Assembly (NCBI GenBank): GCA_017551905.1
Contig: JAFZKK010000150.1
Location: 3,592-67,591, forward strand
Length of the DNA: 64,000 nucleotides
Direction: 5' to 3'
Origin: Salinivirgaceae bacterium
GTDB lineage: Bacteria > Bacteroidota > Bacteroidia > Bacteroidales > SZUA-534
Notes under the pieces: generated by a model
What the model was told of the DNA's origin: nothing
What the model saw: only the letters and a program-made list of their open reading frames with translations
Databases searched by the model: none
Part shown: in pieces, positions 18,827 through 28,198 of the stretch
Layout: every line of letters begins with the position of its first letter
Position numbering within the stretch: the first letter of the stretch is position 1
Program-made: the position numbers and the translations under genes

Positions 18827-19621
18827 CTACTTGCTTAAAAATTTACTGTAATTGCCAAGGCACGATTTCAGCATCGCGTCGACACCTGTCGAAGTAATGG
18901 TGCCGCCCGAAATGCCGTCGACCTCGTATTTGGCGTCCTCAACCTTGCCGTTCTTCACAACGCTGATTTTGACGCCGGTGCTGTCGCCAATCTGTTTGCC
19001 CTCGAAGCGTTTTTGGAACGCCGCCGATTGGATTTCGGCACCCAGACCCGGGGTCTCGCTTGCGTGCGAGAAGTAGGTTCCGTAAACGGTGCTCTTGTCG
19101 TCGTTCAGGGCAACGTAGCCCCAAATGGCGCCCCAAAGGCCGGCTCCGTAAACCGGAATCACATATTTGGTCTGACCGTCAAGGTTGCAGACAAACACGT
19201 GGTAGCGGTTGGCCTTGCCTTCGGTCTCGTAAAGAGTGGCGAAGTTTTCGGCCGGATACTCGACAAGCGCAGTGTCGTTTTTCAGAATCATATCCTTGAC
19301 GTTCTTCGAGAAGTAAGCGTCAGCGTCAGCAGTTGTCACATTGAGTGAGTAGAGAATCTGTTTCTTTGTGTCGAGTTTGACGTTGGCGTCTTGTTTGGCG
19401 CGCAGCGACGACGACACGAACGACAGCAGGAATGCGACAACAATCACCATAGCGGCGGCGTAGGCGAAAGTGTAGCCGTTGCTGCCGGTGGGTAGTTTCT
19501 TTTCAGCCTTCAATTCAACAAAGGCCGACGCCGGTGCCTGACACTGTGGGCAGGCTTCGGGTGCTGCGGCTCCCTCGTGAATGTAGCCGCAAACTGTGCA
19601 TTTGAATTTCTTGTTAGCCAT
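18827..19621 (-). CDS. nqrC: Na+-NQR subunit C with N-terminal rubredoxin-like Cys4 zinc-ribbon extension
   Basis: Has a TM helix (YTFAYAAAMVIVVAFLLSFV) and an FMN-binding domain with the flavinylation motif ISGGTITS. Residues 1-40 carry KCTVCGYIHEG...CPQCQAPASAF. The ORF starts 6 nt after the nqrB stop. Confidence 0.88.
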   Translation of the reverse strand: MANKKFKCTVCGYIHEGAAAPEACPQCQAPASAFVELKAEKKLPTGSNGYTFAYAAAMVIVVAFLLSFVSSSLRAKQDANVKLDTKKQILYSLNVTTADADAYFSKNVKDMILKNDTALVEYPAENFATLYETEGKANRYHVFVCNLDGQTKYVIPVYGAGLWGAIWGYVALNDDKSTVYGTYFSHASETPGLGAEIQSAAFQKRFEGKQIGDSTGVKISVVKNGKVEDAKYEVDGISGGTITSTGVDAMLKSCLGNYSKFLSK

Positions 19622-19627
19622 TGTGAA

Positions 19628-20788
19628 TTATGCTTTAATTGTTAATCTTTTTTTACGACGGTTAATGTTCGCCTGAACAAAGAAATGGTCGATAAGCGGT
19701 GCGAAGGTGTTCATCAGCAGGATTGCCAGCATCATACCTTCGGGGAAGCCCGGGTTGAGCACGCGGATAACGATTGCCATTGCGCCAATCAGGAATCCGT
19801 AAATGAACTTGCCGCCTTCGGTGCGTGCCGAAGTGACGGGGTCAGTGGCCATAAACACTGCGCCGAAGCAGAATCCGCCGTAAACCAGGTGGTTGTACCA
19901 AGGCAGTTGGGCCATTGCGTTGTCGGCCGAACCAATTTGGTTGAACAGCCAGCCCATTGCAATGCCGCCCACGAAGACTGAAATCATTGTCTTCCAACTT
20001 GCCACGCCAGTGTAGAGCAGAATGAAGGCGCCAATCAGAATGGCCACAGCGCTTGTCTCGCCAATGCTGCCCGGAATCAGTCCGAAGAAGGCATCGCTGA
20101 AAGCGGTGTAATGACCGCCGTTGGCCAATGCGAGCGGTGTTGCGCCCGAGAAGCCATCGACTGCAACCTCGCTACTGTAATTATAATACCAGGCTGTCTC
20201 GCCCGACATTTTAGTCGGATAGGCGAAGAACAGGAACACACGTGCCAGCAAGGCGGGGTTCCAGAAGTTCATACCTGTGCCGCCATACACCTCTTTGCCG
20301 AAGATTACGGCGAAAGCGGTGGCCACGCCAACCATCCAGAGTGGAACATCGGCAGGCATAACCAGCGGAATGAGCATACCCGAAACCAGGAAGCCCTCGT
20401 TCACCTCGTGGCCACGCATCTGCGCCGAAGCGAACTCAATGGCCAGACCAACCACGTAAGAAACAACTATTATCGGCAGAACGGCCAGGAAGCCTTTGAA
20501 GAAAATCTGCCAAAAAGTTACGTCGGCCAACTCTCCAGTCATACGGAAGTGCTGATATCCGGTATTGTACATACCGAAAAGCAGGGCCGGCACCAAAGCC
20601 AATACCACGACAATCATTGTTCGTTTCAAATCAACGGCGTCGCGGACGTGAACACCACACTTGTTGGTCTCATTCGGGGTGAACAGGAATGTCTCGAAGG
20701 CGCCGAATGTCGAACGGAACTTCGCGAACTTTCCACCCTCCTGAAATTTGGGCTTCACGTTATCCAAAAAATTTCTTAAAGCGTTCAA
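19628..20788 (-). CDS. nqrB: Na+-NQR subunit B
   Basis: A 386-aa polytopic protein with the flavinylation motif FSGATPLA, in the expected operon position. Confidence 0.93.
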   Translation of the reverse strand: MNALRNFLDNVKPKFQEGGKFAKFRSTFGAFETFLFTPNETNKCGVHVRDAVDLKRTMIVVVLALVPALLFGMYNTGYQHFRMTGELADVTFWQIFFKGFLAVLPIIVVSYVVGLAIEFASAQMRGHEVNEGFLVSGMLIPLVMPADVPLWMVGVATAFAVIFGKEVYGGTGMNFWNPALLARVFLFFAYPTKMSGETAWYYNYSSEVAVDGFSGATPLALANGGHYTAFSDAFFGLIPGSIGETSAVAILIGAFILLYTGVASWKTMISVFVGGIAMGWLFNQIGSADNAMAQLPWYNHLVYGGFCFGAVFMATDPVTSARTEGGKFIYGFLIGAMAIVIRVLNPGFPEGMMLAILLMNTFAPLIDHFFVQANINRRKKRLTIKA

Positions 20789-20818
20789 TGTTTTAGATTT
20801 TTGGTTTATAACTAATTA

Positions 20819-22165
20819 TCATCCAACTTCTTTCATCATCAGATTCAAGCCGTTGCGCAATGTCTTTTGGATTGCGATTTTCGATGTGCACACAAACTCG
20901 CAGAGTGCCATATCCTCCTCAACAACCTCATAGATACCGAGTTGCTCCATACGGTCGATATCTTCGGCCATAATGGCTTTGATAAGGTGTTCGGGGTAAA
21001 TGTCCATCGGGAAAACCTTCTCCATCTCGTTGCTGACAACAAAGGCGCGAAGTTCGCCGTGGGTGTTGGCGTTGAGTTTGTACTCGTGCTTCTTGCCTGT
21101 GAGCCACGAGAAGAAGGTGCGCGACGCGCTGAATTTGTTGAAACCAGGCGCTGCCCAGCCCATAAACTCGTACTCGTCGCCTTCGGGAATGGCTGTGAGT
21201 TGGCTGTCGTAGAAGCCCAGGAAGCCATCGGGCTGAACCTGTGTGCCAGTGAGCACGTTGCCGCTGATAAGGCGGACGTGGCCGGCCTCAAGATTGCCGT
21301 TGACCATTGTCGAAAGTTGTGCGCCGAGAACGGTCTTCACATAAGCGCGTTTCTTCATCTCCGAACCGCACATCACAACCACGCGGGTGAAGTCGTGAAC
21401 GCCTGTGGCAAACAGTTTGCCAATGGCCACAACCTCTTGCGGCTGAATGGTGAACACCTTCTCGCCGGCGTTAATCGGGTTTGTGTGGTTGATTTGCACG
21501 CCTACGCAGCCTGCCGGGTGCGGACCTTCGAAAGCGGTAACCTTCTCGCATTTTGCGTTGGCGAAGGCTTTCGAGCAGCCGTTGTTGTGAGTTCCCACAT
21601 AGACGGGTGCGATTTTCGACAGAACGTCGAGTCCCTGTTGGAAGAACTCCTCGTTGGTGCTGATAATGAAATCGTAGTCGGGTGCCAGCGGCGCGCTGTC
21701 GAAGGTTGATACGAAGATTGCCTTCGGCTCTGCAGCCGGATTGGCCACAACGTTGTACGGACGTTGCTTGAAGTAGGGCCAGGCGCCCGCCTCGAGCAGT
21801 CTGTCGACAACTTGCTGACGGGTGAGTTTCGAGACGTCGGCCTTTCCGAAATCGACCGGTGCCACGGCGCTGTCGGCCTTGACAACAATCTCTGTGATAA
21901 CCCGCCGTTCGCCACGGTTGACGGCAACCAACTCGCCGCCCACAGGTGACACGAACTTAACCTCGGGGTGCTGCTTGTCGTAGAAGAGCACGCTACCCGC
22001 CTGCACCTTGTCGCCCACCTTGGCTTCCATTTTCGGGGTAAGCCCCTTGAAATCAGCCGGCTTAATGGCAAACAATTCCGGCAACGGAATTTGGGCATAA
22101 ACCGTTTCGGCTTTGCCCTGCAAACGAATGTCGAGGCCTTTCTTGAGTTTTATAACTTCAGACAT
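20819..22165 (-). CDS. nqrA: Na+-NQR subunit A
   Basis: A 448-aa soluble subunit and first gene of the operon, starting MSEVIKLKKGLDIRLQGKA as NqrA proteins typically do. Confidence 0.93.
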   Translation of the reverse strand: MSEVIKLKKGLDIRLQGKAETVYAQIPLPELFAIKPADFKGLTPKMEAKVGDKVQAGSVLFYDKQHPEVKFVSPVGGELVAVNRGERRVITEIVVKADSAVAPVDFGKADVSKLTRQQVVDRLLEAGAWPYFKQRPYNVVANPAAEPKAIFVSTFDSAPLAPDYDFIISTNEEFFQQGLDVLSKIAPVYVGTHNNGCSKAFANAKCEKVTAFEGPHPAGCVGVQINHTNPINAGEKVFTIQPQEVVAIGKLFATGVHDFTRVVVMCGSEMKKRAYVKTVLGAQLSTMVNGNLEAGHVRLISGNVLTGTQVQPDGFLGFYDSQLTAIPEGDEYEFMGWAAPGFNKFSASRTFFSWLTGKKHEYKLNANTHGELRAFVVSNEMEKVFPMDIYPEHLIKAIMAEDIDRMEQLGIYEVVEEDMALCEFVCTSKIAIQKTLRNGLNLMMKEVG

Positions 22166-22280
22166 TTGTTAAGTATTAAAAGTTTAAAAAAAATGTTCGG
22201 TTTTTATAGTGTAAACACCGCCTAAAAATCGCCGCAAAGTAAATCAAACTCGCTGTTATTTGCGAATTTATTGCGTACGA

Positions 22281-22361
22281 TTTTTGCGGAATTTTTAACA
22301 AAGTTTTTGGGGGCGGCATTTTTGGCCGGGCGGTGTTTTTGGGGGCGACGTGAACGTCGCC
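22281..22361. promoter_or_regulatory. phased T5 tracts / G-rich direct repeats plus hairpin in the nqr upstream region
   Basis: Five TTTTT(G/A) tracts start at 22281, 22292, 22305, 22319 and 22336, including two copies of GTTTTTGGGGGCG. They are followed by the hairpin GGCGACG-TGAA-CGTCGCC (22344..22361). Confidence 0.3.
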
Positions 22362-22385
22362 CGCTCGACGGAAATGGGGCAAAAC

Positions 22386-22420
22386 AAACGAGGCCGCCCG
22401 ACAAGCGGACAGCCTCGTTT
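22386..22420 (-). terminator. Rho-independent terminator after aspS
   Basis: Stem AAACGAGGC / GCCTCGTTT with an inner CCGC/GCGG helix. T-rich runs flank it on both strands, and it lies 20 nt after the aspS stop. Confidence 0.65.
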
Positions 22421-22439
22421 TATAATCTATCTTATTGAT

Positions 22440-24191
22440 TTACTTTTTCAAATCGACTTTTATCTGCAACTCGTCCAATTGTTTTTGGTCGATTTCGCCG
22501 GGGGCGCCTAACATCACATCGCGGCCCTGATTGTTTTTTGGGAAGGCAATGCAGTCGCGGATTGAGTCGAGACCGGCAAAGAGGCTCACAAAGCGGTCGA
22601 GACCATAGGCTAGGCCACCGTGCGGTGGCGCACCAAACTTGAAGGCGTTCATCAGGAAGCCGAACTTGGCCTGTGCCTGCTCGGGTGTGAAGCCCAAAAT
22701 CTCGAAAATCTTCTGTTGCAGTTTGGCATCGTGGATACGGATTGAGCCGCCGCCAACCTCAACACCGTTGATAACCATATCGTAGGCGTTGGCGCGGACG
22801 CTGGCTGGGTCGGTGTCGAGCAAAGGAATGTCCTCGGGTTTGGGGCTGGTGAACGGGTGGTGCATTGCCATCAGGCGCTGCTCCTCGTCGCTCCACTCAT
22901 ACATCGGGAAGTCGATAACCCACAGGCACGAGAATTTGCTCTTGTCGCGCAAGCCGAGTTGGTTGCCCATCTCAAGGCGAAGTTCGCAAAGCTGTTTGCG
23001 GGTTTTCATTGCATCGTCGCCGCTCAAAATCAGAATCAGGTCGCCTGGCTCGGCGCTCATTGCGGCCTTCAACTGCTGAAGGGCATCTTGCGTGTAGAAC
23101 TTGTCGACACTCGATTTGACGCTGCCATCGGCCTCAACGCGGGCATAAACCATACCCTTGGCGCCAATCTGCGGACGTTTGACAAACTCTGTCAGCTGGT
23201 CCAACTGCTTGCGGGTGTAGGTTGCGGCACCCTTGGCGCAGATACCGCCAATGTAGGCCGCGCTGTCGAACACGCCGAAGCCGTGGCCTTTCAGCACGTC
23301 CATCAGCTCAACAAAGCGCATATCGAAGCGGGTGTCGGGCTTGTCGGAACCGTAGTATTTCATTGCGTCGGCCCACGTCATACGCGGAAGCGCGGGTATG
23401 TCGATACCGAGAATAGTCTTGAACAGGTGGCGGCTCATCCCCTCGAACATCTGAAGAATGTCCTCCTGCTCAATAAACGACATCTCACAGTCGATTTGAG
23501 TGAACTCCGGCTGACGGTCGGCGCGAAGGTCCTCGTCGCGGAAACACTTGACAATCTGGAAGTAACGGTCGATACCCGAAACCATCAGCAACTGCTTGAG
23601 CGTTTGCGGGCTCTGCGGCAGAGCGTAGAACTGTCCTGGGTTCATACGGCTGGGCACCACAAAGTCGCGGGCGCCCTCAGGCGTTGAGTTAACCAAAACA
23701 GGGGTTTCGATTTCAAGGAATCCGTGCTCGTCAAGGTAGCGGCGAACCTCAATCGTGAACTTGTGGCGCAGCTCAAGATTCTTGCGCACAGCGCTGCGGC
23801 GCAGGTCGAGGTAGCGGTATTTCATACGCAGGTCGTCGCCGCCGTCGGTGTTGTCCTCAATGGTGAATGGCGGCACTTCCGACGGGTTGAGAACGGTCAA
23901 ACGGTTGACGGCAATCTCAATGTCGCCTGTGGCCATCTTGGCGTTTTTGCTCTCACGCTCAATCACTTTGCCCTCGACCTGAATGACAAACTCGCGTCCA
24001 ATGGCTTTCACCTGCTGGACGAGTTCGGGTTTGTCGGCGTCGAAAACCAACTGTGTTATTCCGTAGCGGTCACGCAAATCGACGAAGGCCATTCCGCCCA
24101 ACTCGCGTGTCTTCTGAACCCAACCGCAAAGCGTTACGGTCTGGCCTATGTTAGCGGCATTCAACTCGCCGCAAGTATGTGTGCGATACAT
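22440..24191 (-). CDS. aspS: aspartate--tRNA ligase
   Basis: A 583-aa protein with an N-terminal OB fold ([11 protein letters not shown]...GWV), class II motifs ([26 protein letters not shown]) and a bacterial-type insertion domain. Confidence 0.95.
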   Translation of the reverse strand: MYRTHTCGELNAANIGQTVTLCGWVQKTRELGGMAFVDLRDRYGITQLVFDADKPELVQQVKAIGREFVIQVEGKVIERESKNAKMATGDIEIAVNRLTVLNPSEVPPFTIEDNTDGGDDLRMKYRYLDLRRSAVRKNLELRHKFTIEVRRYLDEHGFLEIETPVLVNSTPEGARDFVVPSRMNPGQFYALPQSPQTLKQLLMVSGIDRYFQIVKCFRDEDLRADRQPEFTQIDCEMSFIEQEDILQMFEGMSRHLFKTILGIDIPALPRMTWADAMKYYGSDKPDTRFDMRFVELMDVLKGHGFGVFDSAAYIGGICAKGAATYTRKQLDQLTEFVKRPQIGAKGMVYARVEADGSVKSSVDKFYTQDALQQLKAAMSAEPGDLILILSGDDAMKTRKQLCELRLEMGNQLGLRDKSKFSCLWVIDFPMYEWSDEEQRLMAMHHPFTSPKPEDIPLLDTDPASVRANAYDMVINGVEVGGGSIRIHDAKLQQKIFEILGFTPEQAQAKFGFLMNAFKFGAPPHGGLAYGLDRFVSLFAGLDSIRDCIAFPKNNQGRDVMLGAPGEIDQKQLDELQIKVDLKK

Positions 24192-24258
24192 ATTATATTA
24201 GTTTTTTTGCGGGGGCAAATGTAAGTAACGTTAATGAAAAACGTAAACGAAAACTCAA

Positions 24259-24921
24259 TCATTCAAACACCGCCACAAACTTGGCATCATAATCGGCTGT
24301 GATGCGGATAGGATTTGCTGTGCTGAAAATATCACCTTTATTTTCTTCTTTCCACCCGACAAATGTGTATCCCGAATAAGGTATGGCATTTAGTTCCACC
24401 ACTGCGTTTTTCTCACAATACTCGCCACCCTCGACATATCCTTTCGATTCATCTGATGAGCTGGCACTTATCCAAACATGCGCCTTATCGTGATAGTTCA
24501 GCTCTTCCGATATGCACAATACACCACCGCCAAGTTTATCTCCAGGCAGCCTTACGGCAAACAAGAAATGCTGCCCCGAAGTAACGCCCAATGCCGTCTC
24601 CACCATATCGTGCGAAACAGATGCCTCGAGCTGGGTTGTGGTCATAATCGGCAAATAATCACGCTCGGTCTCACCCCACATATTGTCGTCACCATCGGAG
24701 AGTGCAACACAAACTTCATACTTTGATACAACGGCGTTACCATGGTTGGTGTAGATGCGCGGTGAGTTCCATAACAGATTATAAACGTCATTGACCTGAT
24801 TTACATAGATGTTACCTTTATCAATATTGCTGAGCACAGCCTTGTCGTCGATGGGCTCGTCGGTGCAGGCGGCCAAAATAACCACCATTGCCACACCTAT
24901 TATATATTGTATTGTTTTCAT
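24259..24921 (-). CDS. lipoprotein with C-terminal Listeria-Bacteroides repeat-like domain
   Basis: Has a lipobox (ILAACTD). The C-terminal segment AVVELNAIPYSGYTFVGWKE...ITADYDAKFVAVFE resembles the GYxFxGW List_Bact_rpt/InlB B-repeat motif. It lies immediately downstream of the receptor gene. Confidence 0.6.
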   Translation of the reverse strand: MKTIQYIIGVAMVVILAACTDEPIDDKAVLSNIDKGNIYVNQVNDVYNLLWNSPRIYTNHGNAVVSKYEVCVALSDGDDNMWGETERDYLPIMTTTQLEASVSHDMVETALGVTSGQHFLFAVRLPGDKLGGGVLCISEELNYHDKAHVWISASSSDESKGYVEGGEYCEKNAVVELNAIPYSGYTFVGWKEENKGDIFSTANPIRITADYDAKFVAVFE

Positions 24922-24928
24922 ATTATTA

Positions 24929-27303
24929 TCAGTCTTTTAAGTTGATGTTAAGTTTCACGCCCACGCTGAAAATCACAGGACGCTGACGGATTCCGTAGAA
25001 ATCAATGCCATCGAAGATTTCAGGGTCGCGGCCCTCATATTGAGTAACCGCCGGCATATTGTGAAACGCAAAGTACGCCCGCCCCGACATTTTCCACAAG
25101 TTGCTGAAACGGTAGCCCAGCACAATATTGTCGATACGCAGGAACGAAGAGTTGTGTATATTGTTGTTTATCAGCACTCCATCGGGATAAACATCGACAT
25201 TGTTGGTGTTTTCCTTGTAATAAATATTGTATTTGTCGGCGCTGCCATGGGCGTTGACTTGCAAATAGCCGCCATAAACCTCAAGATAGGTGTGAAAGCC
25301 ACCAACCACCGTCGGCATAGGGCTTCGCTCTGATGAGATGCGGTCGCCGTTGTCGAAATAACCGTTGCCGTTTGGTCGACAAACATGCCTTCCAGCAAGT
25401 TGCCGTTTTGGTCATAAACAGGCTCAAAAACGTTGAAAGTCATTGGTTTGTCGTCCGATATGTATATTTCTTCTTCAGAAACCAACTTCTCGTAATCATC
25501 GCTGTTGACTATAATGCCTCCGTTGAAGGCCAAATTCGCACCAATGCGCCATTTAACGTTGTCGGCGTCAATCAGTCGCGCACCAATGCGGAAATCGGCG
25601 CCTACATTGGTGATTGTCATTGTCTTATATTTTTCACCATCCAGATAATCGTAATACATATCCTCGTTATGGTGAACATAAAAATCGGCCGAGCCATAGA
25701 CAACGCTTTTTAACGTACCTGCCTCAATGCCAAAATTATACGTGAAAGCATCGAAATAATTGATATCAGCAGGCCGATGACCAACCGTAACACCCGAAAT
25801 GCCGAATCCACTACGCAGCGTAACCAAACGGCCAGCCTTCACTCCTAACGACACCGCCGATGTAACCTTTCCATAGCTGTCGTTGTCGTGGTCATACATG
25901 CTGTACCGCGTGTTGATGTTCATGAAATAACGGTTCAAAGCCACATTGAACTGACCGTAGATAGCCGCCACATCGCCTTGTTGGTATTCTTCTTTATCAT
26001 AGAGATGAGTCACCGCTCCAGCTTTCAGTTCAAGGTAGTATTTCTTGCCAAACTGGTGATGGATGTCGAGATTGCCGTCGAGCATCAGCATGCTGTGACG
26101 GTCGTCAACTTTACCGTGAGAATCATGAATTCTGTAGTAGGAAAACGATTCCACCTCATGGCAGGCATCGTAGCCAACCGCAATGTTCAGGTGCAAATCC
26201 TCGAGCGAGTGAACCGAATAATCAGCTTTCAAAATGCCTGAGAACCAGCTGCAATCGGCATCGGAAGTGTTCAATGTTGGCGCGGCGCCATAGTTGTAAT
26301 CGTAGTTTGTGTCGGTATTTTTTGTTTTTCGGAAATTTCCATTGAAATCGATGCTGAGATGCTTGTCGAGCAGGCGCGGTCCCAGCCAGACGCTTCCCGA
26401 AAGGCGTTTCGACTCGTCGTCGGGCAAACCGCCTTCAATTGAATTGAAACCCAACGAAGCACGGTAAGGCATCGGCCCAGCCAAACCGCGAACAGCAATA
26501 TTGTGCTTTGTGTTGAACGAGGTCTTGTAGCCGAAATCCAATGAATCGGGCCGCCTCCATTTGTCCTTGTCTTCCCAATCGTTGAACGATACATTGCCGT
26601 CGTACGATACAGCCAGCACCTTGTCCGACGGCTGACGGGTTTTAATCACAATCACGCCGTTGCGTCCGTGCTCGCCGTACTGAACTGTGGCCGCAATATC
26701 TTTCAACACTCTAATTGATTCTATATTGTTGGGATTAAGCGCATTAACAACGGCATAATCGCCATACATTCCATCAACAACAAACAGCGGCTCGGCCACA
26801 TTGCCTGTTGGCGAGTCGCCACCGCGCATACGGTAATGGACCTCGCCTGAAGCATCGGGAACAACCTCAAGACCAGGCACCTTGCCCAACAGATATTGAT
26901 AAACATCGGTTTCGATACCCGTTTCAATATCATCGACTTGAATCAGAGTATTGGCAGTGGTGAGCAAATAATAATTGTCGTTGCCATAGAAGGCCTCAAT
27001 GCTGCTCAACAGTGCAGGTTTGAGCTGAAGGTCGGCTGTTGGCAAATCGGCAACCGCCACTTCCAAATCGTAATAGCCTTCGAAAGTGATTACCAGCACA
27101 GCATCGTTAGGCGCACTGATGTTGAACTCGCCGCTGATGCCTGTAATGGTGGAAATTGTGGTTCCTTTGACAAACACATTGGCACCGATAATCGGCTCGC
27201 CGTCTTGGTTCCGCACAACACCTCTGACGCCTTTTTGGGCAAATGCGGAGCCGACTGCAAGTGTTAGGCACACTGCTATCGAGATTTTTCTTAATAAGTT
27301 CAT
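24929..27303 (-). pseudogene. TonB-dependent receptor (CarboxypepD_reg + plug + barrel) interrupted by a 1-nt frameshift
   Basis: Track ORFs 25171..27489 and 24929..25318 are the N- and C-terminal parts of one receptor in different frames. The true start is ATG 27303 (MNLLRKISIAVCL). The frame changes near 25371..25373, where VDQ is followed out of frame by NGNGYFDNGDRISSERSPMPTVVGG. Confidence 0.8.
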
Positions 27304-27361
27304 ATACAAGTGTTTTGTGAAAAACAATGCAAGATAGGGAATATGATTGAATTTCACAAAA

Positions 27362-27393
27362 AAATCCCCGTCACCACAAGGCAACGGGGATTT
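27362..27393 (-). terminator. Rho-independent terminator of the frdCAB operon
   Basis: Arms AAATCCCCGT / ACGGGGATTT around a 12-nt loop. On the minus strand the hairpin is followed by T7 and lies 21 nt after the frdB stop. Confidence 0.75.
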
Positions 27394-27413
27394 GCTACAA
27401 CTATGTAAAACTG

Positions 27414-28175
27414 TTAGTCTTTCAGTTTTGCGCAGATAAACTCGCGGTTCAAACGGGCGATGTTGCTGATTGAAACGCGTTTCGGGCATTCAGCCTCGCA
27501 GGCGCGGGTGTTGGTGCAGTTACCAAAGCCGAGTTCGTCCATTTTGGCAACCATAGCCTTAACACGTTTTGCAGCCTCAACGCGGCCTTGCGGCAGCAGA
27601 GCAAACTGCGAAACTTTTGCCGATACGAACAACATTGCCGAGCCGTTCTTGCAGGCGGCAACGCAAGCGCCGCAACCGATGCAGGTAGCTGAATCCATAG
27701 CCTCGTCGGCGTCAACCTTCGAGATTGGAATAGCGTTGGCATCCTGTGCGCCACCGCAGTTGAACGAAACGTAGCCGCCAGCCTGTTGAATCTGGTCGAA
27801 GGCATTGCGGTTCACCATCAGGTCTTTGATAACGGGGAACGCAGCCGAGCGCCACGGCTCAACAGTGATTGTTTGGCCGTCTTTGAAACGACGCATATAG
27901 AGCTGGCAGGTAGTTGCGCCAGTTGCAGGGCCGTGCGGGTGGCCGTTGATGTAGAGCGAGCACATACCGCAGATACCCTCGCGGCAGTCGTGGTCGAACA
28001 CAATCGGCTCCTGGCCTTTCTCAATCAGGCTCTCGTTCAAGATGTCCAAAGTCTCAAGGAACGATGTGTCAGGCGTTGTCTCAACATTCTCGTAAGTTAC
28101 AAAACCGCCTTTTTCTTTCGGGCCGGCCTGACGCCAAACCTTCAAGTTCACTTTCATTATATTATCTGTAGCCAT
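27414..28175 (-). CDS. frdB: fumarate reductase/succinate dehydrogenase iron-sulfur subunit
   Basis: A 253-aa protein with 2Fe-2S (CREGICGMC) and 4Fe-4S/3Fe-4S Cys clusters ([23 protein letters not shown]). Confidence 0.93.
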   Translation of the reverse strand: MATDNIMKVNLKVWRQAGPKEKGGFVTYENVETTPDTSFLETLDILNESLIEKGQEPIVFDHDCREGICGMCSLYINGHPHGPATGATTCQLYMRRFKDGQTITVEPWRSAAFPVIKDLMVNRNAFDQIQQAGGYVSFNCGGAQDANAIPISKVDADEAMDSATCIGCGACVAACKNGSAMLFVSAKVSQFALLPQGRVEAAKRVKAMVAKMDELGFGNCTNTRACEAECPKRVSISNIARLNREFICAKLKD

Positions 28176-28198
28176 TTCTTTTTACTTTAAAGAGTTAA

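Noticed and set aside
24929-27303. The frameshifted receptor as part of a SusC/SusD polysaccharide utilisation locus
   Set aside because: No SusD-like gene, glycoside hydrolase or hybrid two-component/ECF regulator is adjacent. The downstream gene is a small unrelated lipoprotein.
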